Source of the DNA: Thermoplasmatota archaeon
GTDB taxonomy: Archaea > Thermoplasmatota > Penumbrarchaeia > Penumbrarchaeales > Penumbrarchaeaceae
DNA length: 30,800 nt
Direction: 5' to 3'
Assembly (NCBI GenBank): GCA_029762535.1
Contig: JARVGK010000038.1
Location: 1-30,800, forward strand
Shown one piece after another: positions 8,503 through 17,371 of this stretch. Under the pieces are notes generated by a model. It was not told the DNA's origin. It was given only the letters and a program-made list of their open reading frames with translations, and did no database searches. Position 1 is the stretch's first letter. Each line of letters starts with the position of its first letter. The translations under genes were made by a program, and so were the position numbers.

Positions 8503-9900
8503 TCACGGAACCGGGGGGGACAGACGGATCCCATCTCCGGAGGAGAGGGATCGATCCTGTGCTCCCTCCGAGATCCTCCTGTGGAGGGATCTCAACGCAT
8601 CGACGAGATCGATCCTCTCCACTACAAGATAATAGGCGGTTCCCGTGCCTCCGGATCCCGACATCGATACGGGGATATCCCCCTCTATGAGATCGATAAG
8701 ACATGTTCCCAGCAGGGAGGGGTCTTCCTTCAGCCTCCCGCCCACGATCCCTATCATCGCCAGGTCCTCATCGATCCTTATTCTCCGGATCCCGGCCTCC
8801 TCCAGGGCGAGCATCGCCCTGGGACCTTCGCAGGGATCCAATACGATCCCCACCGAACCATCGGACGAAGAGACGGAATATGGGAATATCCCCCTTGATG
8901 AAAGCACACCGTACGCCGCGCACAGAATGGATGCCGCTTCCTTTCCGGCATCTATGACAATAAGCGACACTCCGTCCCTTGATGCGAGGCTCATTATATC
9001 ACATGGGCCATCCCTCGACCCGACGATCCGCGTCCCTCCGGAATGACCATCGGACATATTCAGGACGCGTATGGGGATCCCGCTGCCTACAAGCGGGGAG
9101 AAGGTCCTGGGATGCAGGACCTTAGCGCCAAAATGCGAAAGCTCGATCCCCTCCTCGAAGGTGATCTCGTCCAACATGTAAGCATCGGGGACGATCGTCG
9201 GATCAGCGGACATGAACCCCCTGACGTCCTTGTAGAGGACCAGCTCCGATGCCTGGACGGAACGGGCTATGACCGCGGCGAGGTAGTCCGAACCGTTCCT
9301 GCCGAATGTCGCGGTCCTCCCGTCATCTAGAACGCCGTAGAACCCAGTTATCACGGGTACTTTCCCTTCCTCCATGGCGGGAATTACCTTTTTCATAAGG
9401 TTTCGTCCTGTCCGCTCCAGGTCCGCCTCGGCGTTTCCTAGCTCCCCCACCGCCGCGATCCCCGCTTCCTCCGAGCTCATCGGGACGGAAACGATGCCCA
9501 TGCGGTTCAGGTATAGGCAAACGAGGCCCACGGAAAGCCTCTCCCCGTATGTGATCGCGTGCTCACGCACCCACAGCGGAACGGCCTCGTCGTCCTCGTC
9601 CAGAAGCCTCCTCAACCTGCCCATCTCCCGCTCCAGCATGCCCTCGAATGCCTCCCTGTCGGAGGGCTCGGTAAGAAGTTCGGAGGCCAAAATGCTGTGC
9701 CTCATCCGAAAATCCGATATGATGGACCTGGACCTCTCCTCCAGATAGGACTTGAGGAGGTCCGTGGAATCCTTGATCGCCGAAAGCACCACCGCTTTCT
9801 TACCTGGGACAAGGGACAGTATCTCCCCGATCCTCCTTATGCCCTCGGGATCCGACATGCAGGACCCTCCGAATTTCAGGACCCTGATACCGTCATTCAT
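8503..9900 (-). CDS. lysC: Aspartate kinase
   Basis: VLKFGGS, GERLS, VPVITGF, TFGRNGSD, KDVRGFMSADP, GAKVLHPRT, ACT-like C-terminus. ATG 9900 overlaps the asd stop. Confidence 0.93.
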   Translation of the reverse strand: MNDGIRVLKFGGSCMSDPEGIRRIGEILSLVPGKKAVVLSAIKDSTDLLKSYLEERSRSIISDFRMRHSILASELLTEPSDREAFEGMLEREMGRLRRLLDEDDEAVPLWVREHAITYGERLSVGLVCLYLNRMGIVSVPMSSEEAGIAAVGELGNAEADLERTGRNLMKKVIPAMEEGKVPVITGFYGVLDDGRTATFGRNGSDYLAAVIARSVQASELVLYKDVRGFMSADPTIVPDAYMLDEITFEEGIELSHFGAKVLHPRTFSPLVGSGIPIRVLNMSDGHSGGTRIVGSRDGPCDIMSLASRDGVSLIVIDAGKEAASILCAAYGVLSSRGIFPYSVSSSDGSVGIVLDPCEGPRAMLALEEAGIRRIRIDEDLAMIGIVGGRLKEDPSLLGTCLIDLIEGDIPVSMSGSGGTGTAYYLVVERIDLVDALRSLHRRISEGAQDRSLSSGDGIRLSPPVP

Positions 9901-10934
9901 CGGATGATACCCTCCTTGAGGCACTGTTCGGCGATGAGAACTGCGTTCCCTGCCCCGCCCCTTATCGTGTTGTTGACCAGGGCGAACGCCCTTAGCATGC
10001 CTTCATCGACCCTGACCCTTCCCACTGAGACCGACATCCCGAGGGGACCCCCTGCGAATGAATCCAGATCCGGCCGGGGCCTGTCATTCTCCTTCCTCAG
10101 CACCAGGGGCCTCTTCGGAGCGGAAGGCAACCCCTCAAGCCCTGTGAACGATCCCATTCTGCGCTTCACCTCCTCAATATCCACACGATCCTTCAAGGAG
10201 GCGGAGAAGGATATAAGGTGGCCGTCCCTGACCCCCACCCTGACGCAGTTGGGAACTATCCTGATCGAAGACCCGACGATCATGCCATCATCGAGCCTCC
10301 CGAGTATCTTGACCGGCTCCTCGATGAGCTTCTCCTCCTCACCGCTGATGTATGGAAGCACCGTTCCAAGCGCTTCCAGGGAGGGAACGCCCGGGTAACC
10401 TGCCCCCGATATCGCCTGATAAGATGAGACGTGAACTGGGCCTTCGAGAAGGTCAGCTATGGGCGCGAGCGCCATGACGAGACCCGTTGTGGTGCAGTTG
10501 GGGTTGGTCGCCAATATTCCTTCTTCCCTGTCGAGAAGCATGGACAGATGCCCCCCATTGACCTCGGGTATGACCAGAGGTACATCCGGATCCATCCTGT
10601 GGAAGCTTGAATTGGATATAACGTGTATGCCAGAATCGGAAAGCTTCCTCTCGATCGAGGCGGCCGCCTCCGAGGGTAGGGCACTGAAAACCATATCGAC
10701 TCCGGACCTCCTCACGCCGGAGAAGGCCCCTTCCGTCATGACGATGTCGGAGGCGGCTCCGGGAACGTCGGGGCCTATCATCCATCTCACCGCCTCCGAA
10801 TAGGGCCTGCCGACACCTTCCCCTGATGAGAAAAGTGCCCCGAGCTCGAACCAGGGATGACCCGAGAGCATCTCAACGAACCTCTGTCCGATTATCCCCC
10901 TGGCCCCCAGAACCCCGCAGCGGACGCGATCCAT
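9897..10934 (-). CDS. asd: Aspartate-semialdehyde dehydrogenase (archaeal type)
   Basis: GARGIIGQ, DVPLVIPEVN, NPNCTT, QAISGAG, RVGVRDGH, NTIRGGAG; AGGTGA SD site. Confidence 0.95.
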   Translation of the reverse strand: MDRVRCGVLGARGIIGQRFVEMLSGHPWFELGALFSSGEGVGRPYSEAVRWMIGPDVPGAASDIVMTEGAFSGVRRSGVDMVFSALPSEAAASIERKLSDSGIHVISNSSFHRMDPDVPLVIPEVNGGHLSMLLDREEGILATNPNCTTTGLVMALAPIADLLEGPVHVSSYQAISGAGYPGVPSLEALGTVLPYISGEEEKLIEEPVKILGRLDDGMIVGSSIRIVPNCVRVGVRDGHLISFSASLKDRVDIEEVKRRMGSFTGLEGLPSAPKRPLVLRKENDRPRPDLDSFAGGPLGMSVSVGRVRVDEGMLRAFALVNNTIRGGAGNAVLIAEQCLKEGIIR

Positions 10935-10940
10935 ATATGA

Positions 10941-12854
10941 TCACCTACTATTTCCTACACCGGACGCTTTCGCCTTGCGGGGGGCCTTTGCCTCATCCTT
11001 CAATGAGATGTGCCCAATGGACCTGCCACCCCAGCTGACAGCTATCATATCGACCATCAACACCATGCCGGATACCGCGACAAATCCCGGTATTATGTCG
11101 GGTAGCCTGCGGTTCACAGGCGGTGTCAGCCCGGGGATCAGCTCAATTCCCTGGGCGGAACTGAGGGTATCCCTATCGTAGTTGATGAACACCAGAACGG
11201 GGGAGTCGCTCTTGACCCTCATCAACGATCCCCGGGTCATGTTTTCCCTGGAGAGGAAGATGCTGTCCCTTAAGCTCCTGTCAACGGCGATCCTGGGGAC
11301 GGAATCCAGCATGAAACGGTTCTGAGGGTCTCTCAGCGTCCATTCCGGGGGCTGCATGTAATTCGTATCGGAGAGGACCATGTTCATGTAGTAGTAGGAA
11401 TCCTCGGAGAACTCTATGGTCACGGTCTCGTAGGCCTTCATCTGTTTCTTGTAAGGCATGAGTAGAGCGGAGAAGTTCACCTGGACATCGTTGTCATCGC
11501 TGCCGAGGTTCACCACCGTCACATAGGCACGGCTGTAGAGCGGGACCTGGAAATCCGTATCGGCCGGGTATGGGACGAGGCCGTGGGAGTAGAACGTCGT
11601 GACCTTGCGGTTCTTCATCAGGTACTCCTCCCCGGCGATCCTGTTCGCGTAATCCTCATCCAGGTACCACTGGTTGTTGGCGAAGGTATAGACGAAGACG
11701 GGCCTGTTCGATCTGAGGGTTGCCCATTCGAAGGACGAATAACCTCTGAGCTTGTACATCACCTTGAAATCGAAGGTCCTGAACTCGCCCTTCTTGAGCG
11801 TCCCCTTGAAGGATCCCTGATTCCCGTTGGGGTCCTTGAGGTCGATGGTGGCCCCATCCGGCGCATGTACCAATATCTGGCCGAAGGTGGGGAAATGGAA
11901 GTCCCTGCTGTCCTTTCCGAACACCTGGACGAAGTTCTGCCTCGACTGCAGCCCGGCGACTATGGATACGGGCTTGTCCGCGCTTATCAGAACGTGATCG
12001 TCGTCGAAACCCAACTGCTGATATATGGGGTTCCTGCAGTAGGACCAGCCCTCGAACCTGTCAAGCTTCACGGTGAACTCGTCGTTTCGGTCGGAGAAGT
12101 CCCATATCCTCACGGTCGTATGCGCCTCGAGGGCGCTTATCCAGCAATCTCGCGTTATCCTGGTGAAGAGTTTGGAGGTGTAGGCCGAGTATACTCCGTC
12201 CCAGTAGTAGTTGATCATGTCCTGGCCATCAGAGTCCTTTGTTCCGGTCGGATACAGCTTGTGATGCATCACCGTTATCGGGTTGTCGGATGTGATCCGC
12301 ACCGTCCCCGTAAGTATCCTGAGATCGTCCTTGACCAGCCAGCTGTTCAAGGGGATCTCCTGGGATTCGTAAACCCCCATCTTCAGGAACCTGCTGTCCG
12401 ATATCGGGGGTTCAAGATGCTCCAGCCAGTGCATCGAGTGGCCCTCTCTGAGACTCCATGTCCGGCCGGCCGGATCGAAGGTCGCCCCGTCTATCACGGT
12501 CGCGTTGAGCCATTGTATCCTAACATTGGCCCCGTTCTCGTAGGAGAATACCTGTATGCTCGAAAGGTTGGACATTATGTAGTTCCCGGAGCGGTACTGA
12601 TAACCGTACCAGACGGATGGCCTCTCGAGCGATTTGGTCACTGGCGGGGGTACGTAGAAGACGAACTCGGTATTTGTGAAGGCATCGATGTCGGTCGTGC
12701 CGAGGTCGGTGTGCTCGCTCTTCTCCCTGGCCACCCGGATGTTGTCGCTTATCGCCCGGGATATAGGTGAGTCGTAATGCAGTATCTCGGACATCGGCAG
12801 GAACAGCAGTCCTATCACGCAGGCGACCAGCATCACTCCTCTCAACACGGCCAT
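10941..12854 (-). CDS. Double membrane-anchored surface protein B with IgGFc-binding-like beta repeats (637 aa)
   Basis: Hydrophobic N-terminus from ATG 12854, C-terminal TM plus basic tail; repeats ITSDNPITV, ISADKPVSI, LRSNRPVFV, VKSDSPVLV. The family call is by motif resemblance only. Confidence 0.65.
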   Translation of the reverse strand: MAVLRGVMLVACVIGLLFLPMSEILHYDSPISRAISDNIRVAREKSEHTDLGTTDIDAFTNTEFVFYVPPPVTKSLERPSVWYGYQYRSGNYIMSNLSSIQVFSYENGANVRIQWLNATVIDGATFDPAGRTWSLREGHSMHWLEHLEPPISDSRFLKMGVYESQEIPLNSWLVKDDLRILTGTVRITSDNPITVMHHKLYPTGTKDSDGQDMINYYWDGVYSAYTSKLFTRITRDCWISALEAHTTVRIWDFSDRNDEFTVKLDRFEGWSYCRNPIYQQLGFDDDHVLISADKPVSIVAGLQSRQNFVQVFGKDSRDFHFPTFGQILVHAPDGATIDLKDPNGNQGSFKGTLKKGEFRTFDFKVMYKLRGYSSFEWATLRSNRPVFVYTFANNQWYLDEDYANRIAGEEYLMKNRKVTTFYSHGLVPYPADTDFQVPLYSRAYVTVVNLGSDDNDVQVNFSALLMPYKKQMKAYETVTIEFSEDSYYYMNMVLSDTNYMQPPEWTLRDPQNRFMLDSVPRIAVDRSLRDSIFLSRENMTRGSLMRVKSDSPVLVFINYDRDTLSSAQGIELIPGLTPPVNRRLPDIIPGFVAVSGMVLMVDMIAVSWGGRSIGHISLKDEAKAPRKAKASGVGNSR

Positions 12855-12871
12855 GGTCCATCCCCGTCCTT

Positions 12872-15016
12872 TCACTTTCCCTTGATCAACGCGCCCAGCT
12901 TGTCCTTTCCAGTGTAGGTCAAAGTGCCTACGAGTCCCTTCGACCCGTTCGCCACCAGGACCGCCTCCACTCCGAATATCAGGGTCAGGGCCAGTGGAAG
13001 GGGCCAGAAGTTCTCCCCGCCCTGCGACCTCTGTATGGTCGGCTTGACGGATAGGACTATGTCCATGTCCTGGGGCTCGCATGAGTAGTCTCTTGCGTAT
13101 CGGACCATGAGCATGACCTTCTTGTCCGCGTTCACATCCATCATCTGGATCACCGACTCCAGCTCGTCCTGGTTGTCCGGCTCGGTGTCATCGACCTCGT
13201 CGCCGTTGTAATCCTCGTTCGAGTCCACCACGATCCTGTATACATCATACGCATCGAGAGTGGCCTCGGAGGGGCGGTTGTTCAGCCATGTCCCCGTCCA
13301 TCCGACCTTCGTGTCATCCTCCAGGGCTATGATGTATACGAGGCAGCGGTGATGTATGGCGAGGTTCCATTTCTCCATGGCCGCGGAGTAGTCGAAGCCG
13401 CGCTTGAACGTGGAGATCTGCGTCTCGTCGAAGGCGTTGTCGTCGTTCGCCATCCAGAACTCCACCCTGATCGGCCAGTCGCTGATTATCTTGCACCAGG
13501 TGATCTCGGCGATGTAATTGTTGGAGAACGGCCCCGGCGCCATGCTCTTGTAGGTGTACTGCTCACCTGGCTTGATCACGATCGAGACGTCCTCGGTCGC
13601 TTTGTCCTGGAACTCCAGGGTCACGTGGGCCTCGCGCTCGAGCCCCGTTATGGTCAAGGCGGATGAGAGCGGGACCAGGTACCTCGATCCCAGGAATCCG
13701 TATGCCTGTGTGTGGAAGTTGTTGTCCCAGATCCCGCCGTAGATGGTCACGGGCTTCTGGGACCGGACTATCACCCAATCGGCCTCGAAATTGCCCGAAT
13801 CCACGGCCTTCTTTATAAGATCTGATCCCATGAACTCCTTGACCTCTTCCGGGTTCGACCAGTTGAGCTTGTTCCTGTGGGTAGCGTAGTCCAATTCGTT
13901 GTTGTCCCCCGCATCGTCGCCACCGCACCACGTGTCCACCACGAAGTTCGAGGCCCAGACGAAGTTCTCCCAGGCGTTCAGGGTGATCGTCTGGGTGTCG
14001 TCCCCGTCGGAGACGTCGATTATCTCGATCTTGTTGTTATCATCGTAGCTCGCTATCATGAGGTCCCTGTGGACGAACCCGAAGAACTCGTCCCCGTAGA
14101 AGGACCATACGGCATCATCGCTCATTCCGTTCGCGAACCATTCCGTGTTCACACCGTGGGAGACCTCATCGTCCCCATCGTTGTAGCCTCCGTTACCGTC
14201 CATGTCGCAGTCGTCCCAGAGGTCTGGGATCCCGTTCTCGTTCTTGTCTATGTACCCGTCCGTGACTGTCATCTTGGTGACCGTGACCCGGCCCGTGGAT
14301 TCTACTTTTAGTACGCCGTCCCACAGCCACCAGTCCATCGTCGTGTAGAATATCTTGCCCTCGTACTTCCCCAGCGTTCCCTCCCAGAGGACATGGTCCT
14401 TGACCTTCAGGAGGTCGGGGGAGTTCAAGGGCGCCCTTGCAGGGTCCATCAGATCGATCTTATCAGGCTGGTTCTTGTCGGGCTTGCCGTTGTTGTTCAT
14501 GTCCGCGTTGAAAACCGAGCCGTCCTTCCAGCGTATGGTGTTCTCGGGATAGTCCTTCTTGAAATTGTCGGTGAACAGATGTCCGTTGAGGACGGTCACC
14601 TTGATCCTGTTGTCCTTGGCATAGGATCCGATCGAGATCGCTCCTTCATCGCTAATGTAGGTGTCGCCGTAGAACGAGATGCCGCGCCTGGTCTCGCCGT
14701 CGGTCTGGCCGTTGTTGAAATCGTCGTTGTGACCGTTCTCGATCCCCCAGGGGCAGTTCTGCTCGGTATCTGCCTGATCGTATAGCGGGTCTATCGGGCT
14801 CCAGTAGAATATGAACTCGTCGTTGACGAAGGGCGTATATGCGCTGGTCTTCGTGCTTCCCGTTATCTCGTCTATCAGGCGGGCGTCGTGCACCATCACG
14901 TGCGATGACGGCAGCAGAAGGACCCCGAAGAGCATGAACATGATAGAGAAAGCAAGTCCGTAGCTCTTGAGAAACGTGAGCAGTTTCAACTTCGTATCCT
15001 CAGGTATCTTCCCCAT
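12872..15016 (-). CDS. Acidic double membrane-anchored surface protein A, paralogue of B, with Ca-binding-like loops (714 aa)
   Basis: GGTGA SD before ATG 15016; N- and C-terminal TM; VRSQKPVTIYGG, ISDWPIRV, VNADKKVML; DMNNNGKPD, DKNENGIPD, DCDMDGNG. Confidence 0.65.
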   Translation of the reverse strand: MGKIPEDTKLKLLTFLKSYGLAFSIMFMLFGVLLLPSSHVMVHDARLIDEITGSTKTSAYTPFVNDEFIFYWSPIDPLYDQADTEQNCPWGIENGHNDDFNNGQTDGETRRGISFYGDTYISDEGAISIGSYAKDNRIKVTVLNGHLFTDNFKKDYPENTIRWKDGSVFNADMNNNGKPDKNQPDKIDLMDPARAPLNSPDLLKVKDHVLWEGTLGKYEGKIFYTTMDWWLWDGVLKVESTGRVTVTKMTVTDGYIDKNENGIPDLWDDCDMDGNGGYNDGDDEVSHGVNTEWFANGMSDDAVWSFYGDEFFGFVHRDLMIASYDDNNKIEIIDVSDGDDTQTITLNAWENFVWASNFVVDTWCGGDDAGDNNELDYATHRNKLNWSNPEEVKEFMGSDLIKKAVDSGNFEADWVIVRSQKPVTIYGGIWDNNFHTQAYGFLGSRYLVPLSSALTITGLEREAHVTLEFQDKATEDVSIVIKPGEQYTYKSMAPGPFSNNYIAEITWCKIISDWPIRVEFWMANDDNAFDETQISTFKRGFDYSAAMEKWNLAIHHRCLVYIIALEDDTKVGWTGTWLNNRPSEATLDAYDVYRIVVDSNEDYNGDEVDDTEPDNQDELESVIQMMDVNADKKVMLMVRYARDYSCEPQDMDIVLSVKPTIQRSQGGENFWPLPLALTLIFGVEAVLVANGSKGLVGTLTYTGKDKLGALIKGK

Positions 15017-15341
15017 GTTTATCACCTTGGCCTTATCTAGTAAAGGACGGAAATACGATCATAGCCATCTGTTAGTAAATAAAGGTATGGCGGGAGATCC
15101 CCGATTATTGAAATGAGAATATGTACAACATTGTAATTTTATGTAGCCATGAATTATAGGTTCGAACACAGGATAATTGTAAAGAAAAACGGGATAATTG
15201 AACGTCAGATATCCTTTGAAAAACTGGAACCATGCGAAAATAATGATGAGCAAACGCATAAATAGCATAAAAAACAGTTGATTTTTCTGCGAGAATACGG
15301 GACCATCCCGTACGAATGTCGGGATCCACTGAGGTGAGAAG
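15017..15341. promoter_or_regulatory. AT-rich divergent promoter region with tandem repeat
   Basis: AC(A/G)GGATAATTG at 15168-15179 and 15189-15200 (21-bp period); TACAA-CA-TTGTA palindrome at 15124-15135. Confidence 0.6.
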
Positions 15342-15563
15342 TTGGCCGAGAGTTTGATATCCTGGTTGATAAAGAAGCCGTTAGTGATCGATATCGTGAG
15401 CAGGATCGACCGCTTTGAGCTGACTCCTGAATTGATGAACAGGATCAGGATAGTTCTCCTTCTGAGCGCTATACTGGCATTCTTCATAGCGTTCCAGATG
15501 GGAGATGACTGGTACGTGAGGGAGTATGCGGATTACGACTGGGCGAGGCACATCGGTTATTAG
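15342..15563 (+). CDS. Small single-TM protein, CD1871A-like but lacking CxxC
   Basis: GAGGTGA SD before TTG; TM helix followed by GDDWYVREYADYDWARHIGY; 5 nt upstream of the 4Fe-4S gene. Confidence 0.65.
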   Translation: MAESLISWLIKKPLVIDIVSRIDRFELTPELMNRIRIVLLLSAILAFFIAFQMGDDWYVREYADYDWARHIGY

Positions 15564-15568
15564 GAGAC

Positions 15569-16495
15569 ATGCACATGGCGAGCGATATCGGGATAATAAT
15601 GGCCCTATACACACTCATAATAACGGGTGTGATCGTCGTCATTAGGTTCGGCGGCGTCGCTTTCAGGCTGCCGATGCAGATCGGCGCGTTCGCCTTTCAC
15701 CGTCTTGGGATATTCAGAAAATTGCCGGGGGCGTGGCACGCTCCGATACCCAGGACCAGCGGTATCACGTGCACGCTCAACTGCCAGGCCTGCGAGCTCG
15801 CGTGGCTCGGATGTCCCATCGGCATGCTCCAGAGGTATGTGATCGACACGAGGCTGCCAATATACGTTTATGGGGTCCTGGTCGCGGCCGGATTGGCCCT
15901 CGGCCGGGCGATATGCGGCTGGCTCTGTCCCTTCGGCCTCATCATGGACCTTCTGAACAAGGTAAGCATTCACAAGTTCAATCCGCCCGAGTGGATGAGG
16001 GCCATCAAGTATTTCTACGTCATCGGGGCGGTAGTTCTGGCCGCTCTGACCGGGATGATATTCTATTGCAGGTATCTGTGTTTCGGGGCGCTTCTCGGGG
16101 TCATACCATACTGGCTCACATGGCATACGGTCAGCGCCACTTGGCTCTTTTTCCACTTGGGCGTGTTCGCGGCCTACGTCGCATTCGGATATCTTACGAA
16201 CGGCAGGGCGTGGTGCAGGTACTTCTGCCCCCTCGGGGCCATACTGTCCCTGTTGAACCCCATCTCGCTCATAAGAAGGAAGTTCGACTGGAAATGGTGT
16301 ACGAAGTGCGGCAGGTGCAAGACCGTCTGCCCGATGGGACTTGACCCCACCAAGGACGATCTCAAGAGCAAGATCGACTGCATCAAATGCGGACGCTGCG
16401 TCACCGAGTGCAAATCCAAGTCCCTCTCCATAGGGACGGTATTCTCGGGAAGCAAGGAAACACACAAGAAGGGTGCCGAGATCCTCACCGATTGA
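15569..16495 (+). CDS. Membrane-bound 4Fe-4S polyferredoxin (NapH/MauN-like)
   Basis: CTLNCQAC...GCPIG, CGWLCPFG, CRYLC, WCRYFCPLG, CTKCGRCKTVCP, CIKCGRCVTEC; several TM helices. Confidence 0.9.
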   Translation: MHMASDIGIIMALYTLIITGVIVVIRFGGVAFRLPMQIGAFAFHRLGIFRKLPGAWHAPIPRTSGITCTLNCQACELAWLGCPIGMLQRYVIDTRLPIYVYGVLVAAGLALGRAICGWLCPFGLIMDLLNKVSIHKFNPPEWMRAIKYFYVIGAVVLAALTGMIFYCRYLCFGALLGVIPYWLTWHTVSATWLFFHLGVFAAYVAFGYLTNGRAWCRYFCPLGAILSLLNPISLIRRKFDWKWCTKCGRCKTVCPMGLDPTKDDLKSKIDCIKCGRCVTECKSKSLSIGTVFSGSKETHKKGAEILTD

Positions 16496-16501
16496 GGTCG
16501 T

Positions 16502-17371
16502 TCATCCCCCTCTTATGATGGCTGCCTTGATATGAGATGGAGCGGTCCTGATCATCCTACCCGCCCCTATCGCTCCTATGATAGTACCGGCTCTTAAGGG
16601 ATCGCAAAGTATGACGGTAGCGGGCCCCGTCCCGGAGATCCCCGCCGCAAGGGCTCCGGCATGAAGCGCCCTGACCGCTATCGAGGGATCGAGCCCCATT
16701 GCCGCAGCATAGCAGAGCCCGTTGATGATCATCCCCGCCCTGTGATCGCCAGAGAGGGCAAGATCGTGGGCCGCCTTTATGGCCGGCTCCAGGCCCTTTA
16801 GCCTTCCCACGTCCACTTCGGATTTCCGGATCTTATCCTCCGGGACGTGGACGAGAACGCTCAGCTGCTCGTTGAGGGGATACCTCCTCATTATCCTCCT
16901 CATCAGGTTGTCGGTGACGACCGCCCCACCGTAGTAGCATGCGCAGGCATCGTCGTACGCCCCCGTTATCGTGACCCCTGCCTTGAAGGAGGCCTCGATC
17001 CCGGCGGAGATCGCCTCCTCATCGGAGCATTCCTCGTTCAGGGCCGCGTAGCATGCGAGGACGATCGCGTTCGCGGCCGCGCTCGAGCTCTTCAATCCTC
17101 TTGATATTGGGATGTCGGATAGGGTCCCTATCCGCGCCCCGTACCTGCCTTCGTTCCCGGTCCTTCTCAGGACCTCTCTGACGCATTCGATGGCTAGTTC
17201 GGGGGCCTCTGCCGGATCGCTGCCTATGCTGACCGAGAAGGAGCCGGGATCGTCGTTGAGCCGAACAATGGCCTCCGTCCTGAGGGCGATGCCGAAGGAC
17301 GCGCCCTTGCCTGTGGCGATCCCGTTGACGATGGTCGCGGCCCCGTGGCAGAATGCCCTTCCCTCCTTCAT
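16502..17371 (-). CDS. aroK: Archaeal (GHMP-family) shikimate kinase
   Basis: ATIVNGIATGKG, IPISRGLKSSSAA, AGVTITGAYDDA, SGTGP. Confidence 0.93.
   Translation of the reverse strand: MKEGRAFCHGAATIVNGIATGKGASFGIALRTEAIVRLNDDPGSFSVSIGSDPAEAPELAIECVREVLRRTGNEGRYGARIGTLSDIPISRGLKSSSAAANAIVLACYAALNEECSDEEAISAGIEASFKAGVTITGAYDDACACYYGGAVVTDNLMRRIMRRYPLNEQLSVLVHVPEDKIRKSEVDVGRLKGLEPAIKAAHDLALSGDHRAGMIINGLCYAAAMGLDPSIAVRALHAGALAAGISGTGPATVILCDPLRAGTIIGAIGAGRMIRTAPSHIKAAIIRGG

Noticed and set aside
11583-12770. Long antisense ORFs (also 9559-10398, 15605-16465, 19320-20039, 23102-23827, 23277-23969)
   Set aside because: Shadow frames of well-supported GC-rich genes on the opposite strand, with no recognisable motifs.
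12855-13082. N-terminal extensions in the ORF track (also 3705-3839, 9901-9924, 25750-25815, 29025-29114, 30058-30102)
   Set aside because: They overlap upstream genes or promoter DNA; downstream starts fit SD sites, stop/start coupling or signal sequences better.
10941-15016. Surface proteins as multiheme cytochromes
   Set aside because: No CxxCH motifs in either protein.
15059-15487. 142-aa ORF in the AT-rich gap
   Set aside because: It spans the divergent promoter and is antisense to the SD-supported small gene; its NYPVF repeat just reflects the DNA repeat.
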